Source: Octopus sinensis
Taxonomy: Eukaryota
Length of the DNA: 64,000 bases
Assembly: GCF_006345805.1 (NCBI RefSeq)
Contig: NC_043024.1
Span: forward strand, 13,578,001-13,642,000
Direction of reading: 5' to 3'
Under the pieces are notes generated by a model that saw only the letters and a list, made by a program, of their open reading frames with translations, made no database searches and was not told the DNA's origin. The first letter of the stretch is position 1, and each line of letters begins with the position of its first letter. The position numbers were made by a program, and so were the translations under genes. Below are positions 1 through 12,457 of the stretch, piece by piece.

Positions 1-27
1 GTCGTCCCTCGTTGGATTTTCCTTTCA
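1..27 (-). CDS. candidate internal exon (runs off window edge), unknown protein
   Basis: Minus-strand acceptor tgtgtctctctcaacAG (AG at 29-28). The phase-1 frame reads (V)KGKSNEGR and is open to the window edge. Phase-compatible with candidate exons 389-427 and 1594-1650. Confidence 0.3.
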
Positions 28-388
28 CTGTTGAGAGAGACACAATGTGAGGTGCCGGTCGTTCGTGTCATTTATTGATCTTAATAGCTTATGAATTTAG
101 AATGCAAATATTTGCTATGAACCGCCGGTGGATATCTGATAATTTCACAGCATTATTTATATACGTAACTCGGGCGATCTGGCCGAGGGGGATAACGCTT
201 ATTTCTAATTCGACAAAGTTTACTTTGGTTTTGATAAATAAAATTAACCACATTTTATTACAGAAATAACTAATCTCCCGGAATTTCTAATTCTGTAACC
301 CCTTTGTTCTCTCTGAATCACTTATAAAAAAGAGGCCGAGAAAAGAGGCCAGTCCAATCTTTCCACAGCCATTATCTAAACATCTTAC

Positions 389-427
389 CTATATCATCTG
401 TGAAGGCATCAAATTTCTTCTGGTGTC
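389..427 (-). CDS. candidate 39-nt symmetric exon
   Basis: Donor TAG|GTAAGA, weak acceptor gttcgtAG. Only the phase-1 frame is open: (G)HQKKFDAFTDDI. Confidence 0.2.
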   Translation of the reverse strand, partial: DTRRNLMPSQMI

Positions 428-457
428 CTACGAACTCCAGTTACACCCAGCAATACA

Positions 458-900
458 CTTTACTCGTTTACTTGTTTCAGTCATTTGACTGTGGCTATGC
501 TGGAGCACCGCCTTTAGTTGAGCAAATCGACCCCAGGACTTATTCTTTGTAAGCCTAGTACTTATTCTATCCGACTCTTTTGCCGAACCGTTAAGCTACG
601 GGGACGTAAACACATACCTACTTCTTTATTACCCACAAGGGGCTAAACATAGAGGGGACAAACAAGGACAGACATAGGTATTAAGTCGATTACATCGACC
701 CCAGTGCGTAACTGGTACTTAATTTATCGACCCCGAAAGGATGAAAGGCAAAGTCGACCTCGGCGGAATTTGAACTCACAACGTAACGGCAGGCGAAATA
801 CCGCTAATCATTTCGCCCGACGAGCTAACGTTTCTGCCAGCACGCCGCCGATAAACACATACCAGCATCGGTTGTGAAGCGATGTTGGGGGACAAACACA
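458..900 (-). mobile_element. SINE family B, 3' half, interrupted by a family A SINE
   Basis: Reverse complement of the 3' half of the full copies at 6837-7240 and 40359-40752 (GGTGCTCCAGCATAGCC...TGACTGAAACAAGTAAACGAGT). Confidence 0.85.
619..851 (-). mobile_element. SINE family A (tRNA-derived), full length, nested in SINE B
   Basis: Matches the other family A copies. Exact 12-bp TSD TAAACACATACC at 607-618 and 852-863. Confidence 0.9.
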
Positions 901-1593
901 GCAATCTGTACATTTTGACATTAAACTTAAAAATTAATTAGGAAGAGCAGAATTTGTTGCATCAGTGTATTACGATTAGGTCCTGAGATAAAATTCCATT
1001 TCGGTGAGATTTGATATTCCTGCTTTCCAAAGTCGATAAAATGTCTACTCTTATCACGACTGTCTTCGTTTACCGCTTATCACCAGCAGTTTAACCTTGA
1101 ATCAATAGACATATATGATCCGTAGCGTTCTTCTCATGATTAATTTTCATTGCAATCGGGCATTGCGCATTTAAAAGTGCATTGCACAAAATATTCAATT
1201 CCTTCTATTAAAGACGTTACAATATAATAGATGTAGGTTATTATTATTATTATTATTTCTATTTCTATCATGTCGAGAAGCCTTGTAGAAATGGTCTTAG
1301 AAATGAAATACTTACTACTTAGAAATAATATACAGGTTTTGATTTAATAATCTACAGTGAAAATTTCCCAGAATGCGATTTATTCTTTTGCCAATGCTGG
1401 AAATCAATATTTTTCTCAAGTTTTGCAAAATATCTGTAGTTTATCTTCTGTATACAATTATTGCAAGCGAGGCAAGAGGTTTTTACATTGACAAAGCCAT
1501 TAATTTGAATATTTCATTTCTGTCTCAGCAGGTCAGCTTGTCACAAACCTGGTGAAGATCTTGAAATTAATCTTGAATTTCTTGTAATCTTAC

Positions 1594-1650
1594 CATTTTT
1601 TCTTCCAATTCGATGATAGTTTCTCACCATGGTGCAGATGTGTTCTACAT
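1594..1650 (-). CDS. candidate 57-nt symmetric exon
   Basis: Acceptor gttccctAG, donor ATG|GTAAGA. The phase-1 frame reads VEHICTMVRNYHRIGRKN; the phase-2 frame is also open. Confidence 0.3.
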
Positions 1651-1844
1651 CTAGGGAACATATCAGTGTATTTTTGACAGATAATTTGATGTAAAGACGA
1701 AATACGTGCAAGCTACACACCGCTGTATCAGCATTCAGTCGTGAGCTGCATATAACAATAGAAAAGTTTTATATTAATATATAGCAGAACAATACATAGT
1801 GAAATCTCCATTCTTTTTTTTTTCTTTTTTTACGGTTTACTTAC

Positions 1845-1888
1845 AGAACGAAGGACGGTGTTTATGACGTCTTAAAGTGCTTCTGGGA
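1845..1888 (-). CDS. candidate 44-nt exon
   Basis: Acceptor gctctctgtcAG, consensus donor GTAAGT. The only open frame (PRSTLRRHKHRPSF) ends in phase 1, matching the 57-nt exon. Confidence 0.3.
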
Positions 1889-2606
1889 CTGACAGAGAGC
1901 GGCGAACTATGATGCATGGTTTACTGTATGAAGAAGCATTGCCAATTATCCGCTTCTACATCGACGCATTGAGTTGAGAACTTGCAACGTAATTGATTCC
2001 AGTAAAATCACGCAAGGCATAGGTAGAGGTTTAAACACAGTAACTAAAACTCTACCGTTTCCGAACAAAGAAAAAAAAAACACGGTCACCACAGGAACGG
2101 CTTCAGTACAATTGCTGTCTATAAAATTTCACCTACTAAATATCAGGTCATGCCCAGGTTATGATAGTGGTGACATATCCAAAATTAAGCGGTGTCAGAT
2201 CGAATCCCGAATTATACCATTTGGAAGGTATAACACTCATTGCACGTTTATATCGTGACAATGGTGAAGAATAAGAGTAGGACACTTATGCACCCCAACC
2301 CATTAACAGCTTTCCCAGGATAACTGCCCTCAATGAAGGGAAAGCCCAAATAAATGGTGCAAATAAATACTAATAAAATAATTAGAATGTTACACACATA
2401 ATTTTATTAATTATTAGCAATGACACAGTATTAATATCTAATTTTAACGAATGCGAAGGCGGCTAACTTGTCAGAATTCTCAGTATTCCGGACAAAATAC
2501 TTAGCGGGATTTCGTCCGCTTTTGCGTTTTCTTTTCAAATATAAATGAAATGTCAAAAGCTGTCATGCGTAATTTTTGGTGCAACCTTTATATACGTATT
2601 TATAGT

Positions 2607-3939
2607 CACGAGGTTGCGCTGAAAAGTTCATAACCTGGCTATAAAGAATTGGCCCTAGAGACGTGAGATTTTGAATGCATTAATTTCAACCGTTTTATTA
2701 ATATTTGCCTCGGTTAGTTCCGAATAAACTGATGACTTACTGTACACAGAAGGTTTCGAAGGCAAGTAGTGGTGGGTAAAATTTGGCATTGTGGTGCTAT
2801 TATATGTTATTAAGCAGAAAAATAATGGGTTTCCAAGAACATTCCTGCTGATGTTGTTACATTAGAGGAAGACGCTCCGGCATTTTTAACTGCGCAGAAA
2901 TGGACAGCCGTAATTAGGACAGGAAGGGAGATGCCTTGAAGATGACCCAAGATTTGGTCGTTATGCTACTACTACCGAAGGGAAAAATTATTTTCTACTC
3001 TAGGCATAGGACTCGAAATTTTGCGGGAGGGGGCCAGTCGATTATATCGACTCCAAAACGCAACTGCTACTTAATTTCTCGACCCTGAAAGGATGAAAAA
3101 CAAAGTCGATCTCAGAACGTGAAGATCTATCCATTTAACTCGGCGTGCTAACTTTTCTTATTTCTTTATTGTCCACAAGGGGCTAAACATAGAGGGGACA
3201 AACAAGGACAGACAAAGGGATTAAGTCAATTACATGGACCCCAGTACGCAACTGGTACTTATTTGATCGACTCGGAAAGGATAAAAGGCAAAGATGACCC
3301 CGGCGGAATTTGAACTCAGGACCTAAGGGGTTGTTAACGTTTCTGCCAGCTCGCCACATTACGAAAGGCAAATATTGATCGTGTTCACCAGAGGCTGATG
3401 GATGACAGGCGATTGGCTATAAATAAAAATAGCCAATGCTATTAGCATAACTCTTGAGAGAGCTGAACATATTCTGCACAATGAACTCGGAACGGTCAAA
3501 AAGCGCCGCAGTCCGATTACATCAACGGAAAATCTAACATTGCTTGAGTAGATCCAACGGGTTTCTTGAACATTTACTAAGGATGAGGGATGTGTTCCAC
3601 ACTTTGAACCACAGACAAAGAGACAGAGACAATCCATGCAGTGGGACCCCTACACATATACACACACTTTTCTCCTGATTTGACCCCATTTGCTTATCTA
3701 TTAACCAACAAGGAAACACATTTGGCTGGGGGCCAGTATCGTCGTGAAAGTAAAGTCATATATGCTGTTGATGACTTTGTTTTACCAACAGGATGAAATC
3801 ATCTTCACAAATGCGATCCAAGCACTGAAACACCGAAGGAAGAGTGTGTGTACGTTGCAAGGGGTCACATTTTGGAAAATGAACTTCATTTTGTCACATT
3901 CCATGACAGTATCTTTGGACTTTTTAGCCGACCCTCTTA
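2607..3939 (+). mobile_element. decayed mariner transposon with both TIRs, internal deletion and SINE insertions
   Basis: Left TIR CACGAGGTTGCGCTGAAAAGTTC and right TIR GACTTTTTAGCCGACCCTCTTA. Frameshifted peptides: DAPAFLTAQKW, LEDDPRFGR, NIDRVHQRLMDDRRLAI, HFEPQTK..RQSMQW, QQDEIIFTNAIQALKHR. All are typical mariner transposase blocks. Confidence 0.85.
2995..3357 (-). mobile_element. two family A SINE fragments (alternative tails) inserted in the mariner
   Basis: Contain GAAAGGATGAAA..CAAAGTCGA and the family A tail. Transposase reading resumes at 3370. Imperfect duplication CGAAGGGAAAAAT (2976) / CGAAAGGCAAAT (3362). Confidence 0.8.
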
Positions 3940-3984
3940 TATATTCAAACATATAAATTATATTTATATATACATACATATACA

Positions 3985-4028
<44 letters not shown>

Positions 4029-4108
4029 TGTGTGTGTGTGTGTGGTTGTTAGTGCTCGCGCGCGTGTTGTTTCGGTAGTATAAGCTTATATATATAAATA
4101 TATATAGC

Positions 4109-4266
4109 ATGGCTGTGAGGTAAGCAGTTTGCTTCTCAATCGCATGTTTCCGGGATCAGTCCCACTGCATGGCACCTTGAGCAGTTCTCTTCTACTATAG
4201 CCTTGGACCAACCAAATCCTTGTGAGTGAATCTGGTAGACGCAAACTGAAAGAAGCCCGTTGTATA
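4109..4266 (+). mobile_element. SINE family B 5' fragment
   Basis: tRNA-like head plus GGCACCTTGAGCAG core and GAAAGAAGCCCG. Confidence 0.8.
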
Positions 4267-4495
4267 CAACACACACGCATATATATATATATAAATAAAA
4301 AAATTAAATAAGAGTAGAAATAGATATTAATCAATTAAAACCAGTGGCCTAGCATATTTAAAAAAAATCCGAAGATAAAAATTTTAAGACATAAACAAAA
4401 TACTAATTGAGGAAATGACCACTAATAGTGGACAGCCGTAGGCTAGATATAGACGTCAAACTCTCCCATTGGACATTCCTCTAAATTTTGTATAA

Positions 4496-4536
<41 letters not shown>

Positions 4537-4867
4537 TATAACATATATATATCTACAATATATGTATGTATATATATATATTATAAAACGCATACAATCA
4601 CATGCACATACATATATGTATACATCCATACAACGGGCATACGTACACATATTTCTCAACAAGTTCTTTAAATGCATTGAGCAGCCACTTCTTTTTGAAC
4701 AAGTACTTTGTTTTTCTTAAAACAAATGGAAAAAATATGCTGAGTTTTCTTTGTATATATTTCTCTCAAGAAAACTTTAAAATAAATATTCATTTTCCTC
4801 CTTTAAATTTTAAAGTGTTATTCTTTGCACATTAATAAATGCCATGAGTCTATGTATGTATGTATGC

Positions 4868-4911
4868 GTCTGTCTATCTATCTATCTGTCTGTCTATCTG
4901 TCTATCTATCC

Positions 4912-4992
<81 letters not shown>

Positions 4993-5012
4993 CTTACCTT
5001 TCTATCTATCAC

Positions 5013-5060
<48 letters not shown>

Positions 5061-5084
5061 GCCATCTGTCTGTCTGTCTCTCTG

Positions 5085-5168
<84 letters not shown>

Positions 5169-5200
5169 CCTACTTACCTACCTACCTGACTATCTGTCTG
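4868..5200. repeat. (TCTA)n tetranucleotide microsatellite
   Basis: Directly visible; explains the YLSI/IYLS ORFs. Confidence 0.95.
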
Positions 5201-5299
5201 TCTTTCTGTCTGTCTCTCTATCAACTTATCGATAGATTTTTCACTGTTTTTAACTAAATTTCTGCTCCTATTGAAATTTACACATAAGATCAATTGTAT

Positions 5300-5885
5300 A
5301 TATTTTCTCTGTGGAGTTCAGGCTGTGAAATGCACAAAGATTTCTGCTGAGGAAAATCAATTTACTCTTTTAATAATGGACCGTGTTTGCTATCTCAGGA
5401 ATGGACAAAATTGAATGTAAGTCTTTAAGCGAGTAACAATATCGTAGAAGGAGAAAAAAATTCGAATCGCTAATACGTAGTGAACGGTAATATCCAAAAC
5501 TATAGGACACTGCATCTGTGCAATCCAGATGAGAACCCAGCTGCTATTTCTGTGGTTTTGTATCACTTTCAAAAAGTAGATACGCCATCGAGGCATTGTC
5601 TGTCATAGGAAGAATAACATGTAATATACGTATGGATACAGTTTAAACGGCAATATCAGAGCAATTTAACCATTTCTCTCAGAAAGTGCAGTCATCTATG
5701 TCTAGGCAGACACTTCCTTTTGAAGAAAGTTTGACAAAATTATATCCTATGTTTGTCAACGAAAACTGAATACGAATCAGTACTGGGTCATACATTGAAC
5801 GACCTGGGCAGTAATGTTCTTAAAATTGTTACAGGCAACTGTAACTTTTCTCCAAAATTCCGGGCGGCTGCAGAACATGAGGTCT
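5300..5885 (-). pseudogene. possible very old Tc1/mariner transposase relic
   Basis: Minus-strand peptides SAAARNFGEKLQLPVTILRTLL and AYLLFESDTKPQK loosely resemble Tc1/mariner blocks; many stops. Confidence 0.3.
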
Positions 5886-6044
5886 GTATGCGTACATACA
5901 TACATGCATACACACGTGTATATATGTGTATATGTGTGTGTACATAAATGAATCTATATTTATGTGTATACGTACATACACATACATACCTACACAGAAA
6001 CACACGCACGCACACACAGACACAGACACCACACACCCACAAGA

Positions 6045-6230
6045 ATGTGAAGATTAATTACGGTTCATTTCAGTCCATTACCACTAAATATTTGAGTACG
6101 AGGCGTGTCTGCAAAGTTTGTGCCAAAAGTGCTTTCAGTTTACCAAAAAGACACTCGGAGTTTCAGTTGCACAAGATCTCCTTGATTGTGTTGAGAACGA
6201 TGAAAACCTTTTGGAAACTTTGCGTATGTC
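6045..6230 (+). pseudogene. mariner transposase fragment
   Basis: With frameshifts reads YGSFQSITTKYLSTRRV-SAKFVPKVLS..QK..R-VAQDLLDCVENDENLLET, the conserved WVP-like region just before the catalytic domain. Confidence 0.75.
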
Positions 6231-6419
6231 TCAGAGGTAGAAAGTTAAAACTTAGTGCGCATGCACAGCAGAGTTCAAGATGAACCTTTGGCGAGCTGCT
6301 GTTTTTCTCTACATGCTGCAGCTTCGTGACTATGTCAACAGTCCGGGTACTTATTGATCAGACCACGTACATGTAGAAACAGTGTATAAGCCCTAAAAAT
6401 TCACACCATAATTTCCCAC

Positions 6420-6750
6420 GGGTATATGGCGTAGTGGCTAAGAGCACGGGCTACTAACACCAAGATTCCAAGTGTGATTCCAGGCAGTGACCTTAATAAT
6501 AATAATCAAAATAATAATAATAATAATAATAATAATAGATAATTTATAACACAACAAATAACAATATCGAAAAAACCCTTAGCAATGAGAATCCAGGTTC
6601 GACGAAATTATCCCAAGACACCTGATGAAGGCTGGAGAGAGTATATCATGAAAGGTTGCGTTAACAAAAAACAAGATGAGGACAAATATCCGTCAAATGT
6701 AAATATTGTTAATAATGTACATAATTCCTTCTCCCTTAAACATAGAACTG
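6420..6750 (+). mobile_element. SINE-like element F: tRNA head + (AAT)n + hammerhead-bearing tail
   Basis: A-box TGGCGTAGTGG (6427-6437), B-box-like AGTGTGATTCC, then (AAT)n, then a tail with ACAC-CTGATGA-AGGCTG...GAAA. Confidence 0.55.
6617..6660 (+). ncRNA. degenerate minimal hammerhead ribozyme
   Basis: CTGATGA 6622-6628 and GAAA 6650-6653. Stem I ACAC/GCGT is partial, and stems II and III are mutated. Confidence 0.35.
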
Positions 6751-6836
6751 TCTGTTTCCTCATTAGCGGGATGAAAAAAAATTCTACGCCGTCATCCAAT
6801 TTGAGATAGATATTATATATATATATATATATAAAT

Positions 6837-7240
6837 AGGTGCAGGAGTGGCTGTGTGGTAAGAAGCTTGCTTACCGACTACATGGTTCTAGGTTCAGTCC
6901 CACTGCGTGGCACCTTGGTTAAGTGTCTTCTACTATAGCCTCGAGCCGACCAACGCCTTGTGAGTGGATTTGGTAGACGGAAACTGAAAGAAGCCCGTCC
7001 TATATATGTATGTGTTTGTGTATATGTTTGTGTGTCTGTGTTTGTCACCCCCCAACATCGCTTCGCAACCGATGCTGGTGTGTATACGTCCCCGTAATCT
7101 AGCGGTTCGGCAAATGAGATAGATAGAATAAGAACTTGGCTTACAAAGAATAAGTACAGCTGGGGTCGATCTGATCGACTAAATTGCGGTGCTCCACCAT
7201 GGCGGCAGTCAAATCACTGAACAAGGTAAACGAAAGAGAA
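6837..7240 (+). mobile_element. SINE family B, full length (CORE-type tRNA SINE)
   Basis: Head GGAGTGGCTGTGTGG...GGTTCAGTCCC, MIR/CORE-like CACCTTGGTTAAGTGTCTTC, internal TA/TG tract, 3' tail ...GGTAAACGAAAGAG. Octopus CORE-SINEs (OR families) are known; the exact family name needs a Dfam/Repbase check. Confidence 0.9.
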
Positions 7241-7425
7241 TATGTATATATACACATATAATATATATACACATATATATATATATATATATAGTATATA
7301 TATGTATATATGTGTATATATACATATTCTCTTTCGTTTACCTGTCAGTGATATACATATAATAGTATATATATGGTTATATATATATATATATATCTAT
7401 ATATATATATATATATAAGATATAT

Positions 7426-7468
<43 letters not shown>

Positions 7469-8362
7469 TATACATGCGCATATACCAATTGCCAGAGTGA
7501 AGAGGGTTAGGAATGCAGCACGATTTAGCTCGAATGATGATGCACGTATTCTCCACTTTGTTTTAGACAGACATACAACCTGAACATACAAATCTCTCTC
7601 CGTTGTATTTCCCTCTGCCACACACAACTTCAACACATATAATCTTCAACACATAAACGCACACGAACACAGATACACACAGGTACACACAGAGACAGGT
7701 ATATTAATTCGAAAAACAGATTTCCGAGCCGGTTTCGCATATTTGATAACACACTAATCATTATCTGTAACGTTCTAATGTGTTATCAACGTCTTCATTT
7801 GTCAGCCTATATTCTTTAGAAATAGATGCTGACTGTATGTAATATTTCAGAAGTGAGCAACTTTTATTTACTTATTATTTTTTAACGAAGCTTTTATCTC
7901 AGATATATGGAAATATATTCATTTATATCTACATATATTCACATATTGACTTAGAGTACTCCGGTTGCTTCAATATTTTCTGTCTTATTTTGAATAAGAC
8001 AAAAAATATTGAGAAGCGAAGCAAAAATCTCGTTAATATATTTTTTGAATCTTATTACTTATGGAACAGCGTTTCGAATTACAAATGCACACACACCACA
8101 CACACACACACATACACACACACGCACACATGCATACACACACACAGACAAGCATTCATTCACACGCACACACACATGTATATTTATATATTCACACATA
8201 TATGAGTGAGAAATGTACATGTGATATCTTCTCGTAAAAATATTTTTCCTTCAAATGTAAATTACCCAGAATTCCAAAGAGAATATATGCATATATGTAT
8301 GTGTTATATATACGCTTTCATGCGCCCACACATGCAAATACACACACAGCCAAAATGTGCGT

Positions 8363-8406
<44 letters not shown>

Positions 8407-8456
8407 ATATATATTATATCGTATATATACATATATACTATATATATACATATAAT

Positions 8457-8501
<45 letters not shown>

Positions 8502-9844
8502 AGCATACATACATATATATATATGCATAATATAGATATATGTATACATATTTATATATGTATATGTATATATATATTATATATATATCTTATATATATA
8601 TATATGTGTGTGCGTGTGTGTGTGTATACCTATGTACATATGCAATTATGTGTGTGTATGTATGTATGAATGTATTTATTATGTATGTATATTCGCATCC
8701 TGTCTTTAATTATTCGCAGTTATTCTTGTAAGGAAGGAATTGGTTTCTGACAACGATACACAGCTCTCTCATTGGAATGTAGATAAGAAAAACAACGTCA
8801 CACTTTGTACTTGTGAAAATTTTGCTTTCTGCTGCTCATGCAATCACAGATCGTATTTTGTAATATGCATGCTAGCTTTTTGATTAATTTTTCTGTAAAA
8901 TCTTCGATTTTCGAAGTCGACATCTTAGGTATTCACTCACAAATTTAAGTGCAAATATTATAATTTGTATAAATCTGAATTTATAATTAGGATATATAAA
9001 CTAACGTATCTGAGACCGATTTTCGTGATTATTCTCTTTCTATTTAATTTAAAAACACCTATTCACATATTCGCAGTTCTTCTGATTCCATTTGGCGGCA
9101 TTACATACTTATTCATGTCTGACCTAAACCATCCTTTCTGACCTGCTTCCACTTGGTAGGAATTCTGATAGAAAAGCCCCAACAGTATTCTATGTGCTCA
9201 TTCAGTATCATTGACAATCTCAATATCAATACCAAGGCATTCATCTCTTTCGGATGGCATGTTTGTTGTTTTAAAAGCACAGCCATATTGCATTGGGAGG
9301 TAGTATCTTGGTCTGTATGCATACGTTGAATGAAACATCTATATATGTGTATGTATGTGTGTCCGCATGATTACACATACATATTCATACGCACACATGT
9401 ATTTATATATGTTTGTGGGGGTGAGTTAGTGTGTACGATTCACAGACCGGGCTGTCTGTTGTGTTCTTGAGCAAGACACTTTATTTCAAGTTGCTGCGGT
9501 TCACTCACGAGTCGTTGGCGCATAAAGCCGGTTCCTAGAGTCTGTGACCTCACAATTTTCCACAGGTCGGGATACCATCCTACCGTAGGAATTTCCTTAT
9601 ACAGGGGATGACATATTGATGTGACCCGTTGTATTTCACCACTTACTGAGGTATCGTATTCAAAGGTGTGTTACAACAAGTGAGGTGTAGCCAACATGGT
9701 CAAGAATTTTTATTAAGCATTTTCACGTAACTGATTCCACAGTGTGTAATTTCAGAGCCCTTCTTCCCTTGGTACATTAGTTATCGACACGAAAGGGCTG
9801 AAAGTCAAAACTGTCTCGGTGTTATTAGAAGTACCGCAAAATGA

Positions 9845-10260
9845 AGGTGGCGTGCTGGCAGAAACGTTAGCACGCCGGGCGAAATGCTTAGCAGTATTTC
9901 GTCCGTCGCTACGTTCTGAGTTCAAATTCCGCCGAGGTCGACTTTGCCTTTCATCCTTTCGGGTTCGATAAATTAAGTACCAGTTACGCACTGGGGCCGA
10001 TGTAATCGACTAAATCCGTTTGTCTGTCCTGGTTTCTCCTCTCTGTGTTTAGCCCCTTGTGGGTAGTAAAGAAATACGTATTTCGTCTGTTGCTACGTTC
10101 TGAGTTCAAATTCCGCCGAGGTCGACTTTGCCTTTCATCCTTTCGGGGTCGATAAATTAAGTACCAGTTATGCACTAGGGTCAACGTAATCGACTTAATC
10201 TCCTTGTCTGTCCTTGTTTGTCCCCTCTATTTTTAGCCCATTGTGGGCAATAAAAAATAA
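9845..10260 (+). mobile_element. SINE family A head-to-tail dimer
   Basis: Full monomer followed by a second unit starting at GTATTTCGTC (junction 10068-10090). Confidence 0.9.
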
Positions 10261-10739
10261 AAATAAGGAGTACCACAATGAATTTTAATTAATGCGCAAT
10301 CGTGCCTAGGTTTTTGGCATCTAAAACGATAGGATGGCCATAGCTGGAATGCTTTTATCCATCGGACATCTCAACAATGACAACCGTAACATCAACAACG
10401 ATATCAGAATGACTAAAAGCCAAAAGGTCTAAGAATCTGAATGCATCTCATTTGTGAGGATTCTGCTTTAAGGTCGGTTGAGGATGTAAACTCCGCTGCC
10501 CACAGTGATTTGTGGCTTTCAGAGAAATAACGAGGAGAAAACGCTAAAGAAATCCCATAATTAACAGGATGTATGGCGCTTCTATCATTTTACTTGGCGT
10601 AAGTGGACAGAAAAAGAAACAATTTGAAAAACTCTAAATATGTTTTAAACGTATAAATGCAATCCAACCCAAAAGCAGCCATTGCGAAGAAGTTGTCCAA
10701 ATTTAAGTGCTACACAGCCACTTCATGTATAACAATCCA

Positions 10740-10834
10740 TCTTCTTCTTCTTCTTCTTCTTCTTCTTCTTCTTCTCTTCTTCTTCTCTTCTTATTATTAT
10801 TATTATTATTATTATATTATTATTATTATTATTA

Positions 10835-10871
<37 letters not shown>

Positions 10872-11160
10872 ATATTATTATTATTCTCTTCTTCTTCTTC
10901 TCTTCTTCTTCTTCTTCTTCTATTTCTTCTTCTCTTCTTCTTCTTCTTCTGCTTCTCTTCTTCTTCTTCTTCTCTTCTTCTTCCCCTTCTTCTTCTTCTT
11001 CTACTTCTTCTACTTCTTCTTCGAACACACATAATACATGTATGTATGTATATAAGTATGTTTATATATATGTATCTATGTATGTAATGTATGTATGTAT
11101 GTATGTTTGTATGTATGTATCTGTATGTATGTATGTAAGTATGTATGTGTCTATGTATGT
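10740..11160. repeat. compound (CTT)n/(ATT)n/(ATGT)n microsatellite
   Basis: Directly visible. Confidence 0.95.
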
Positions 11161-11699
11161 GTATACGATGTTTTTTTTTTATTAATTCTTCGCATCCAGT
11201 CTGAGACTTCTTTTAATCCGCATAAGATTTTAAGCAACAACTTGGTAAATATGGCACCGAAACCATTTTCATTAACTTCAAGCTTTCTCTAATATCAGAT
11301 GTTTCATTTCTTCATTAAACGACATAAAAAAACAAAATAAAAACATTCAAGAAACAACGAAAGTCACATAAAGAGAAAAAAAGTAATAATAATAATAATA
11401 ACAATAACAATAATAATAATGATTAATATAATAAGGATAATAATAAAGCTAAAGATATTAACTGGCAGACCAAGTATTTAAGTCATTTAATGGTCTGAAA
11501 TTAACTGAACACATAAAAATTGGTTACATTTCGCGTTTTATGTCTCTGGGCTCTAGCTATAATGCCGGCAAGGCAGCAGTCAGTATGCCGCCATTAAAAG
11601 GTTAAATCTGTTTTGTATAGATTTGTTAGTCTTTTTTTTTTCTTCTTTCTTCTCTATTTTCCCCCCCATCGTCTTCTGGGTTTTTTTTCATATTTTAAT

Positions 11700-11980
11700 G
11701 AGTAGCTTTCAAATTTCTCTTCATCATCATCATCGTCATTAATATTGTCATTGGTATTATTATCATTAGTATTACTATTATTATTATTATTATTATTAAT
11801 ATTATTATGATTATTATTATAATTATTATTGTTATTATTATTATGATTATTATTATGATTATTATTATGATTACTATTATTATTATTATTATTACTATCA
11901 TTATTATGATTATTATTATGATTATTATTATTATTATTGTTGTTGTTGTGTTGTTGTTGTTGTTGTTGTTGTTGTTTTCT
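11700..11980. repeat. (ATT)n/(GTT)n microsatellite
   Basis: Directly visible. Confidence 0.95.
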
Positions 11981-12412
11981 GTTTCAATTCAGTTTTATAT
12001 CGGAAATGTCTTTTTTTCGCTCGTTTTCATTCCTTTTCTATTTAATTTTTTTGCTCTTCCTGTAAATGGTTTTCGCTCAACATCCTCAACATTCTAAGAA
12101 AACTGACATAGCTGCCGGTTATGATGGCCGCTACTCCTATCATTAACAAATATCTCGCCACTCATTTTCCAATTGGCCGACAGCTATTTGATGCGTATAT
12201 AGCGACAACATTTATCATACGATGATTAAAACAACCGGCCATCTTTTTTTTTATTCTACGCACATCACTTACGCATATAAGTACACATATATTTATCGAC
12301 ATATTCAGATAGATTCATATCAACAATACACATACACATCTATACAACTACGCATACATAACTAATACATACTTAATATAATATATATAAATCCAAATAC
12401 CAATATGCAAAC

Positions 12413-12457
<45 letters not shown>

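Noticed and set aside
8700-9110. Possible mariner relic on the minus strand (LHEQQK, FLTRIT)
   Set aside because: Similarity is too short to support by eye.
9845-10260. Repeated units that might suggest a CRISPR array
   Set aside because: Eukaryotic SINE multimers with no repeat-spacer architecture and no cas genes.
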